In this document: piece after piece, positions 9,417 through 17,035 of the stretch
How positions within the stretch are numbered: the first letter of the stretch is position 1
Layout of the letters: every line of letters begins with the position of its first letter
DNA from: an uncultured bacterium
GTDB lineage: Bacteria; Hydrogenedentota; CAZGCA01; CBFDCQ01
Reading direction: 5' to 3'
Assembly: GCA_965603355.1 (NCBI GenBank)
Contig: CBFDCQ010000003.1
Coordinates: forward strand, 20,802-84,801
DNA length: 64,000 nucleotides
Made by a program: the position numbers and the translations under genes
The notes under the pieces: generated by a model
The model's input: only the letters and a program-made list of their open reading frames with translations
Database searches by the model: none
What the model was told of the DNA's origin: nothing

Positions 9417-10553
9417 ATGTCGGCGGCGATAACACGAGGGAGTAAAGGCAGCTCAGGCGGAAAAAAGGCAGCCTTATTAGTCCTGGTTCTCTTGTTAGTA
9501 GCGACTTATCACTTTTTTGCTTATAGAAACCGACAGTCTTCTTTAGAGAAGAGATTATACAAGGGGACTAAGATAGCTTTTGAGTCTGTCAGGGACGAAA
9601 ATCAAGAGATCTATGTTATGTATCCTGATGGCACCGAGTTAAAGAGGTTGACAAATAATCCTGCTGCTGATGGGGCTCCCTGCTGGTCTCCTGATAGAAA
9701 ACGGATAGCCTTCATCTCGTATAGAGATAAGAATTCGGAAATTTACGTTATGAACGCGGATGGGAGCGGGCGGAAGAGGTTAACCAGTAATCGCGTTCAG
9801 GATCACAAGCCTTGCTGGTCTCCTGATGGTAAGAAAATAGCTTTTGTCTCTTACAGAGATAAGAATTGGGAGATCTATGTTATGGGCGCGGATGGTGGTG
9901 AGCCAAAGAACTTGACGGACGATCCCGGTGATGATGGCGGTCCTGTGTGGTCTCCTGACGGTAAGAAGATAGCCTTTGTCTCACGCAGGGATGGAAATGA
10001 TGAAGTTTACGTTATGAATGCTGACGGAAGTGGGCAGAAGAACTTGACTGACAATCTCGATTGGGATTCGAGCCCTTCCTGGTCGCCTGATGGGGAGAGA
10101 ATCGCTTTTGCATCAAATAGAGACGGGAATCATGAGATCTATGTTATGAATGCCGATGGTACTGACCAGAAGAACCTTTCAGATAACTCCGCCATGGATA
10201 TGAACCCTTCATGGTCTCCTGATGGAAAGCGGATAGCTTTTGAGTCAAATAGAGATGGAAGTAAGCATGAGATTTATGTCATGAATGCAGATGGCAGCGA
10301 GCAGAAGAACTTGACAAATGACCCTGCTCAGGACCAGGGGCTTTTGTGGTCCCCCGACGCAAGGAAATTAGTTTTTGTCAGGTCTGTTGGCAATAATTCT
10401 GATATCTACATTATGAATCTCGATGGCAGCGGACAGAAGAAACTGACGAGCAACCCCGCTCATGACGGGGCGCCGTCCTGGTCAGCATTACCGCCTCGTG
10501 AGACTAAAGAGGAAGATAAGAGCAGCCTGGAAGACAGCGAACCCTCCTCCTGA
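9417..10553 (+). CDS. TolB-like periplasmic protein with seven PD40/WD40-like beta-propeller repeats
   Basis: Seven 44-aa repeats of the form EIYVMNADGSxQKNLTxxxxxDxxPSWSPDGKRIAFxSNRDG, with an N-terminal TM/signal segment. I prefer ATG 9417 (AAGGAGG 8 nt upstream) over the TTG at 9393 in the track. GC is markedly lower than in the neighbours. Confidence 0.8.
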   Translation: MSAAITRGSKGSSGGKKAALLVLVLLLVATYHFFAYRNRQSSLEKRLYKGTKIAFESVRDENQEIYVMYPDGTELKRLTNNPAADGAPCWSPDRKRIAFISYRDKNSEIYVMNADGSGRKRLTSNRVQDHKPCWSPDGKKIAFVSYRDKNWEIYVMGADGGEPKNLTDDPGDDGGPVWSPDGKKIAFVSRRDGNDEVYVMNADGSGQKNLTDNLDWDSSPSWSPDGERIAFASNRDGNHEIYVMNADGTDQKNLSDNSAMDMNPSWSPDGKRIAFESNRDGSKHEIYVMNADGSEQKNLTNDPAQDQGLLWSPDARKLVFVRSVGNNSDIYIMNLDGSGQKKLTSNPAHDGAPSWSALPPRETKEEDKSSLEDSEPSS

Positions 10554-10639
10554 ACCTCGCGGAACGCGCTATTCGCCGCTTGTCAAGGCGCTCTCGCCCA
10601 CCGACCAACGTATCCTTCGTAGCTCAGCCGGAGCAGTCG

Positions 10640-11038
10640 TCACAGCCCGAGCACTTTGGATACGGTTTTCTTGAGCTGTTCGGGATCGACCGGTTTCTCG
10701 ATGTACGCGTCGGGCTCTTCGCCTATGAAATCGCCCATCTCTTCTGCGGAGAAGCCTATTCCCACCTTATCCGCGACGCCGGTCAGCATGATGACCGGGA
10801 TGCTCTTGGTCGACTCATCCTTCTTCAGGTCCGCAAACACGTCAAACCCGTTCTTCTCCGGCATCTGTACGTCGAGAATGATAAGGTCCGGCGTTGCCTC
10901 CTTCGCTTTTTCGAGTCCGCTCACGCCGTCGTTTGCCGAGATCGGCGCGATATCGCCGACTTCCGATAGAACGGCCTCCACAAACTCGACAGCGTCTTGT
11001 TCATCATCCACGATCAGAACCGTCTTAACGTCAGCCAT
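10640..11038 (-). CDS. single-domain CheY-like response regulator
   Basis: 132 aa with VLIVDDEQD, LIILDVQMPEKNG, VIMLTG and YIEKP motifs. It lies immediately downstream of the GAF histidine kinase. Confidence 0.85.
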   Translation of the reverse strand: MADVKTVLIVDDEQDAVEFVEAVLSEVGDIAPISANDGVSGLEKAKEATPDLIILDVQMPEKNGFDVFADLKKDESTKSIPVIMLTGVADKVGIGFSAEEMGDFIGEEPDAYIEKPVDPEQLKKTVSKVLGL

Positions 11039-11092
11039 GTAACACCTCCTCTTTCTTCTTCATGCCTTCCTTCCTGATGTCCAATGTCAAGA

Positions 11093-12307
11093 CTAACCGG
11101 TCTCACCTCTCAAAGGCAAGGTTACGGTAAAGGTGGTTCCCTCGCCGAGCTTGGAATCCACCGCGATCTCGCCGTTGTGTTCCGTTATTATCTTGTGTGT
11201 AACGGGCAGACCGAGTCCGGTTCCCTGCGACCCTTTCGTGCTGAAGAACATCTGGAACAGTTGTTCCTTATCCTCGGCTGCAATGCCGCACCCGTTGTCT
11301 GAAATCTTGATGCAGAACACATCTCCATCCGGTATTTCAGTGCAGACCTCAACGCATCCCTCGTTAGCGTCGTCGCACGCGTCCACGGCATTAGAGACGA
11401 GGTTGAGCAGGCACCTGCGGATGCCTTTCGGGTCGAGCGCGACCTTGTTGAGCCGGGCATTCGGCGTCCAGGTGACGGTCACGCCCTTGTCGGCGGCTTT
11501 CTGCTCCATCAGATCGCATACCGCCTGGATGATCTCGTTGACGTCGGCCACATCGTACTCCGGTTTGCGCTCCTTGGAGTACGTGAGCATATCCAGCACG
11601 AGGTCCTTCATGAACCCGTTGTTCTTCTTGAGTATTTCCCATCCTCTCGAGAGCGTTTTGGAGTCATCCTTACGAAGTCCCAGATCCACCATGTACGCTC
11701 CACCCTGGATGCCGTTGAGCACGTTCTTTATGCAGTGTGCCAACCCCGCGACGGTCTGTCCAACAGCCGCCAGCCGTTCCTTTTCCAATATCTCTTCATG
11801 CAGCACGGCATTTTCGATAGCGATGGCCGCCTGTGCCGCGACGGCCTCGCATAGCGCCAGATCATGTTCGTCGAAATCGGTTCCGTCGAGCTTGTTAATG
11901 ATCTCGATAGCGCCCCACAGCCGATTCTTCGTTGCCATGGGCACACACGCGATCGCTCTTGTACTGAACCCGCTGTCCTCGTCCACTTTGCTGAAGAACC
12001 GATCGTCGCTGGCGACATCGTTGACGATGGCCGGCTTGCCGGACTGGACAACCCATCCGACGATCCCTTCACCCTGTTTCATCCTCATGGGCTTGACCGC
12101 TTCCGCCTTATGACCTCGAGCGACGTGGAAGAGCAGATCGCCGGTCTCATCGTCTATTAGGACCAGGGAGGAAGCCTCGACACTCATGACGTCCGTCGTG
12201 ACGGACATCACGGACTCAAGCACCGTGTCCAGGTCCAGATGCGCATTGACCGTCTTGCTCACTTGGATGAGTGCGTTTAGTTCGCCGGTTTTCAACGAAG
12301 CAGCCAT
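11093..12307 (-). CDS. GAF-domain sensor histidine kinase
   Basis: 404 aa with an N-terminal GAF domain. H-box AGLAHCIKNVLNGI, N-box LLNLVSNAVDA, G-boxes SDNGCGI and GTGLGLPV. Confidence 0.9.
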   Translation of the reverse strand: MAASLKTGELNALIQVSKTVNAHLDLDTVLESVMSVTTDVMSVEASSLVLIDDETGDLLFHVARGHKAEAVKPMRMKQGEGIVGWVVQSGKPAIVNDVASDDRFFSKVDEDSGFSTRAIACVPMATKNRLWGAIEIINKLDGTDFDEHDLALCEAVAAQAAIAIENAVLHEEILEKERLAAVGQTVAGLAHCIKNVLNGIQGGAYMVDLGLRKDDSKTLSRGWEILKKNNGFMKDLVLDMLTYSKERKPEYDVADVNEIIQAVCDLMEQKAADKGVTVTWTPNARLNKVALDPKGIRRCLLNLVSNAVDACDDANEGCVEVCTEIPDGDVFCIKISDNGCGIAAEDKEQLFQMFFSTKGSQGTGLGLPVTHKIITEHNGEIAVDSKLGEGTTFTVTLPLRGETG

Positions 12308-12613
12308 AATGAGTACCTCACGCGCCTTAACGCGTGCATCTGGAATTGTCCCCGGTCACCCGTGCGCAGTAATATAGCACAAAGCACTTCCGCGCGCAAG
12401 GCTGCGAGTTGCGGAGCATGTTGGGTCTATCCTGTCCTGTCTGCGTGAGGGCTTATCTCAATGTGCAGCGGTGGCCTGTCGAGGCGGAGCCTGCTCTTGG
12501 GAGAGCGCGGCGAGATCGTCGTTTACCATCACGACAGCGGTCTCCCCGCTCTTAGCGTAGTAACCCTTTCTGATGGCGACCTGACGGAACTTGAATCTCC
12601 TATAGATGCTGAG
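11835..12613. repeat. segmental duplication, copy A (kinase 5' part + intergenic region + rimI 3' remnant; ybjQ deleted)
   Basis: Aligns to 15567-16676. The offset is 3732 nt for 11835-~12440 (428 nt perfect, then roughly 88% by eye) and 4062 nt for 12468-12613 (rimI-like). Copy A therefore lacks 330 nt present in copy B. Confidence 0.85.
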
Positions 12614-13807
12614 GGTCTTCTTTGCTTCATCGTTGACTAACGATTCCATTGAGATCACTTTGAAGTACATTATCTCATCACTATCACCCCCATCGCCGAT
12701 GCCGGCCTCGTAGAAGCAGCCGAGATTGCCATCGGGCAGAACCGCAATAGACGAATAACCGGCGGGGCCTGCATGGACTTGTTGTGCGATTGGCCATGTC
12801 TTGCCGTCATCCTTGCTGACTTGAACGGTCAGGTTAAAGCGATCCGTCTGGGTGGCAGGATTTGAAAATATCAGCAGGTTATTGTCATCGGGATTATGAC
12901 TTATCAGGCTTGCCTGGCACACTGGTTCGATAAGCGTCTGGTCATGTTCTATCGGTGACCAGGTAGCTCCACCATCGCTACTGAAAGAAAGTGCACGACA
13001 TTTCTTGCCGTTATAGCTTCGCATATTCATCATCAGTCTCGAGTCGCTCAATTCTACGACGGTGCTTTCGTTACAGCCGGGCGTCATGGATTCGCTGAGT
13101 TTCCAGCTCTTGCCGTGATCGTCACTGTAAATCACGTGGGCTCCATAGCCATGCTTGCCGAACATGCGAAAGACGTCATCGCGTGTTTCGGTGTAGCTGT
13201 GGTTGGCGGGAATTACGAGCCTTCCTTTGTATCGGCCGTTTAGAATTTGAATCCCGTTGCCGGGACCGGTCGCATACCATCGCCAGTCATCTTTGCGGGC
13301 CGTTTCGGAGAGATCGACAGGAGTTGACCATGTCTTGCCGTCGTCATCGGAGCAGCAAACATAAGGCCTTCGGACATCCTTGCTTTCTCCGCGGACTATA
13401 TCGGGTCCATGATCGCCGCCAAAATTCCATGTTGCTAGAAGCCAGATGCGCCCTGTATCCTGATCGACAACAGGACAGGGATTGCCGCAGGTATTTCGGC
13501 CGTCGGACCATACCACCAATCGTTCGCCCCAGGTCTTTCCAGAATCTTCGGACCTGCGTACCAGCAGATCAATATCACCTGTGTCGCGGTCCTCCCGGCC
13601 TTCACAGAAGGCTAGCACGGTCCCTTTCTTGGTGACTATCAACGAGGGAATGCGGCAGTTGTTATATCCGTATTTGTCCTGCTCAAAGAGCACTAGCTTG
13701 TCTGGACGTTTGTCACTAAAGGCGCTCTTGCCTTCGGCAGTCCTAAAGTCGTCTCCAAACGCGAGCAAGGTTGGTATGAGATACATAATGCAAAACATAT
13801 ATTTCAT
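12458..13807 (-). CDS. secreted exo-alpha-sialidase (GH33, BNR/Asp-box) with a C-terminal tail derived from a rimI fragment
   Basis: RIP motif (NNCRIPSL) and five Asp boxes (SEDSGKTW, SDDDGKTW, SDDHGKSW, SSDGGATW, SKDDGKTW). Signal-like N-terminus MKYMFCIMYLIPTLLAFG (start moved to 13807). The last ~40 aa, LSIYRRFKFRQVAIRKGYYAKSGETAVVMVNDDLAALSQE, match the RimI C-terminus encoded at 16553-16676. Confidence 0.8.
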   Translation of the reverse strand: MKYMFCIMYLIPTLLAFGDDFRTAEGKSAFSDKRPDKLVLFEQDKYGYNNCRIPSLIVTKKGTVLAFCEGREDRDTGDIDLLVRRSEDSGKTWGERLVVWSDGRNTCGNPCPVVDQDTGRIWLLATWNFGGDHGPDIVRGESKDVRRPYVCCSDDDGKTWSTPVDLSETARKDDWRWYATGPGNGIQILNGRYKGRLVIPANHSYTETRDDVFRMFGKHGYGAHVIYSDDHGKSWKLSESMTPGCNESTVVELSDSRLMMNMRSYNGKKCRALSFSSDGGATWSPIEHDQTLIEPVCQASLISHNPDDNNLLIFSNPATQTDRFNLTVQVSKDDGKTWPIAQQVHAGPAGYSSIAVLPDGNLGCFYEAGIGDGGDSDEIMYFKVISMESLVNDEAKKTLSIYRRFKFRQVAIRKGYYAKSGETAVVMVNDDLAALSQEQAPPRQATAAH

Positions 13808-15566
13808 TGTAATACCTCTCTTTTGCCACCAAAGAGGGCCATGTACCTTAGATGCCATAGATCATTGCCACAAGCATGGTTAAGGAGGGCACTCGACCGA
13901 TTTAGTGAACCACAAGCTTTATCATGAATACAATTCTCCAGGCGCCTTCCTACTGAATCTGAAACGCATAGAGTTTTGCGTTTCGCAAGCGAAAGCGAAT
14001 TTGCACCACCTTGCCCACTAGAGATGACAAGTCTCTGCCATTCTTCCAGACCGGTGTGAGTCGCAAGCTGTCCACCGCCCTGTACTCCGGTGCCTCTTTA
14101 CCGGAAAAGCCCGGGACCATCTCCCCATGTTCATCAAGTATTTCAGTCTGTATAATACCAGCACTTGCTTGCACATTGACTTCCAGACGATTCCCCTCGA
14201 TCCTGAATCGTTTCGTGAGGACCGTTCCTGGCGTGTCTTTCGCCTCCAAACAGATGAAACCGTCCAGTCTCAGTTTTGCCAGTCCGATATTCAAGTGCCG
14301 GCCGCGGCTGTAGTGACGTTCGTCCATGCCGGCATAGTAGATCCAGTGTTCGTCGTTATGCGTAATGATTTGGGAAGGCGGTTTGATGCCGTCTTTATCA
14401 AAACTTCCAGCGGGACCACGCGGGACAAGGGGTTTGCGCGCGTGTATCCAGCTCTTGTCAAAGTTGACGCCGTCGCGGCTGGTCCCGATATAGAAGTCCA
14501 TAAAGTCTTCTTCGTGGCGAGTGTGATAGTCGTAGCCGTCAAACAACCCTGAACGATCCATGGTGTACACATCCATAAGCGCGAAGTAGACCCCCTCGTA
14601 TATCCAATTGGTCATCCCGTTAAATTGCAGGCGGGGACTGCCCCAGCGATTCTTTTCCTTCCTGGGATCGTCCGCGCAGATTTTGTCGGCTACCGTCTTC
14701 CACGCTGTCGGATGGTTCTGCAAGTCGTTGCCCGCCGTGTGGACCATTATGCGCACTGAACGGATCTCACTGGTCCCACCTATGCCACCCAGGTCTGTGC
14801 GGGTTAACAAACGGTAGGTTTTGGTGATCGGGTCCCACAGGAGCTGGTTATGCGTGTCGGCAGCCCGATAGGACACAGCTTTTCCGTCGTTGTAGTAATT
14901 CCAGTGGATACCGTCAGCCGAATAGGAGATACCAACCTTACAGCCTTCTTCCTTAACGTCGCCTGCACCCTTGTATTTCTCAGAATGTCCCCAGGGCAGG
15001 CTGGGATCAAGGTTGCAACTGAACCCCATGTCACTGAGGACAATGTTGCTCTTGCCGTCTTTTCCCACCATCGGTTTGGTCCAATGGATGCCATCTTTCG
15101 ACTCGGCATAGCCGACGCCGATGCGGCCCGCGTACCACATCTGGAACTTATCGTCCTTATTGTTACGCACCACGCTTGTGTAGTAGCCGAAAGCCAGGGC
15201 CACCGGCGAGCCAGCAGGTTTTTTAAAGTCAGGATGGAAATCAGACTCGAGAGAAGGCTCACATACAACCCCAACCTTCTTAACCACACCCATCTCACGG
15301 GTAATGTTCTGTTTCTCGGCGATGACGTAGTCATCCACGAGCAACTGCTTCTGGGTTCCCACGGCAACGAAATCGTCGGCAGCCATCGCCGGCACAAAGC
15401 ATCCGGCGACAACCGTTAGAATAGCGAGAAATGTGATTAGAAAACGTGGACAAAGGTACATGGTTAAATCCTCGCATCTGTTTCTAGCCGACAATTCCTA
15501 TATAGATCTGCTCTGGCCAATGCCGAGCAAGTTCTCGTCCATTATTGAGAGAACCGCGGCCGCTTC
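12614..15566. other. low-GC two-gene glycan-degradation cassette located at the duplication junction
   Basis: Bounded by the end of rimI-like homology (~12613) and the start of kinase homology (15567). Hand-counted 60-nt lines give about 40-52% GC versus about 57-65% in flanking core genes. Confidence 0.6.
13950..15461 (-). CDS. putative secreted glycoside hydrolase (beta-propeller GH32/43/130-like fold plus C-terminal beta-sandwich); family not resolved
   Basis: Signal/lipobox MYLCPRFLITFLAILTVVAGC. Motifs WYAGR..GYAESKDGIHWTKP, YSADGIHWNYY and GTSRDGVNFDK resemble propeller hydrolases. The C-terminal LRLDGF...VQIRFRLRNAKLYAFQ resembles their beta-sandwich. Start taken at ATG 15461. Confidence 0.5.
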   Translation of the reverse strand: MYLCPRFLITFLAILTVVAGCFVPAMAADDFVAVGTQKQLLVDDYVIAEKQNITREMGVVKKVGVVCEPSLESDFHPDFKKPAGSPVALAFGYYTSVVRNNKDDKFQMWYAGRIGVGYAESKDGIHWTKPMVGKDGKSNIVLSDMGFSCNLDPSLPWGHSEKYKGAGDVKEEGCKVGISYSADGIHWNYYNDGKAVSYRAADTHNQLLWDPITKTYRLLTRTDLGGIGGTSEIRSVRIMVHTAGNDLQNHPTAWKTVADKICADDPRKEKNRWGSPRLQFNGMTNWIYEGVYFALMDVYTMDRSGLFDGYDYHTRHEEDFMDFYIGTSRDGVNFDKSWIHARKPLVPRGPAGSFDKDGIKPPSQIITHNDEHWIYYAGMDERHYSRGRHLNIGLAKLRLDGFICLEAKDTPGTVLTKRFRIEGNRLEVNVQASAGIIQTEILDEHGEMVPGFSGKEAPEYRAVDSLRLTPVWKNGRDLSSLVGKVVQIRFRLRNAKLYAFQIQ

Positions 15567-16039
15567 GCCGCGACGGCCTCGCATAGCGCCAGATCATGTT
15601 CGTCGAAATCGGTTCCGTCGAGCTTGTTAATGATCTCGATAGCGCCCCACAGCCGATTCTTCGTTGCCATGGGCACACACGCGATCGCTCTTGTACTGAA
15701 CCCGCTGTCCTCGTCCACTTTGCTGAAGAACCGATCGTCGCTGGCGACATCGTTGACGATGGCCGGCTTGCCGGACTGGACAACCCATCCGACGATCCCT
15801 TCACCCTGTTTCATCCTCATGGGCTTGACCGCTTCCGCCTTATGACCTCGAGCGACGTGGAAGAGCAGATCGCCGGTCTCATCGTCTATTAGGACCAGGG
15901 AGGAAGCCTCGACACTCATGACGTCCGTCGTGACGGACATCACGGACTCAAGCACCGTGTCCAGGTCCAGATGCGCATTGACCGTCTTGCTCACCTGTAT
16001 GAGAGCGTTTAGTTCGCCGGTTTTCAACGAAGCAGGCAT
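15542..16039 (-). pseudogene. truncated duplicate of the GAF histidine-kinase 5' end (GAF domain only, 165 aa ORF)
   Basis: Protein matches kinase residues ~1-157 apart from one substitution at residue 2 (P for A), then diverges (..CEAVAAKRPRFSQ*). The DNA is 100% identical to 11835-12262 over 428 nt. No HisKA or ATPase part is present. Confidence 0.8.
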
Positions 16040-16676
16040 AATGTATACCTCACGCGCCGTAACGCGTGCATCTGGAATTGCCCCCGGTCACCCGTTCCGA
16101 GTAATATAGCACAAAGCAAGTCTGCGCGCAAGGCTGCGGGTTGCGGGGCATGTGGGGCCTATGCTAGCCTATGTATGTAAGATCGTATCGCAATGTCCGG
16201 CGGAGAGGAGGTAAATGGCTATGCTAGTTGTTACGACACCGACTATTGAGGGGAAGAAGATTGAGACTTATCTGGGGATAGTAACCGGCGAGGCGATTCT
16301 CGGCGCGAATATATTCAAGGACTTCTTCGCTGGTGTACGCAACATCGTTGGCGGTAGGTCCGCTGCATACGAGAAGGAGTTGCGCAAGGCCAAGGATATC
16401 GCTATCCAGGAAATGGTCGAGCAGGCGGAAGGGCTCGGCGGCAACGCTGTGATAGGCGTTGACCTCGATTACGAGACGATCGGCATAGGTCAGGGCGGCA
16501 ATATGCTCTTGGTGAGCGCTTCGGGTACGGCGGTGGTCTGTCGAGGCTGAGCCTACTCTCTCGAGAGCGCGCCGAGGTCGTCGTTCACCATCACAGTAGC
16601 GTTCTCGCCGGTGTGAGCGTAGTAACCCTTGCGTGTCGCGACATGCCGGAATCCGAATTTCCTATACATACTGAGC
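15567..16676. repeat. segmental duplication, copy B (kinase 5' fragment + intergenic region + intact ybjQ + rimI 3' part)
   Basis: See copy A. Copy B carries the intact ybjQ and continues into the functional rimI. Confidence 0.85.
16215..16550 (+). CDS. YbjQ/UPF0145-family protein
   Basis: 111 aa. Pattern [52 protein letters not shown]...[11 protein letters not shown] is characteristic of the family. GGAGAGGAGG lies upstream. Confidence 0.85.
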   Translation: MAMLVVTTPTIEGKKIETYLGIVTGEAILGANIFKDFFAGVRNIVGGRSAAYEKELRKAKDIAIQEMVEQAEGLGGNAVIGVDLDYETIGIGQGGNMLLVSASGTAVVCRG

Positions 16677-17035
16677 GCGGCAAAATTGTTTTCTCTTACC
16701 TCAAGAGTTGCCATTGTGACCTTTCTGGATACCGCGGCGTCCAGCAGGTGTTGCAGGATCATCGAGCCGTATCCTTGCCGGCGGTAGAGTGGATGGACCG
16801 CTATGTTTGTGATATGGACCTCATCCGCGATCAGCCAGAACCCACCGTACCCGATCAGCTCAGGACCCAGCCGGAACACCATGAAATACGAGCTCGGCTG
16901 GTCCATCTCCTTGAGGAAAAGGAACTGCGACCAGGGTTCGGGAAAGGAGACAGTCTCTATGGCGAGAACCTCCGGGAGATTCTTCCGCGAAAGAGGTTCG
17001 CAACTTATCTCAGTGGTGGTCACTCTGTGTAACAC
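16553..17035 (-). CDS. rimI: ribosomal-protein-alanine N-acetyltransferase (GNAT)
   Basis: 160 aa with GNAT core ITNIAVHPLYRRQGYGSMILQHLL and tail LSMYRKFGFRHVATRKGYY. It sits in a tsaB-containing operon, the usual rimI context. Confidence 0.8.
   Translation of the reverse strand: MLHRVTTTEISCEPLSRKNLPEVLAIETVSFPEPWSQFLFLKEMDQPSSYFMVFRLGPELIGYGGFWLIADEVHITNIAVHPLYRRQGYGSMILQHLLDAAVSRKVTMATLEVRENNFAALSMYRKFGFRHVATRKGYYAHTGENATVMVNDDLGALSRE

Noticed and set aside
15551-15562. Overlapping SacII/NotI sites (CCGCGGCCGC) exactly at the cassette/duplication junction, suggesting a cloning scar
   Set aside because: Such GC-only palindromes are expected by chance in ~60% GC DNA. Weak homology to the kinase gene seems to continue through it. 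There are no vector-like sequences.
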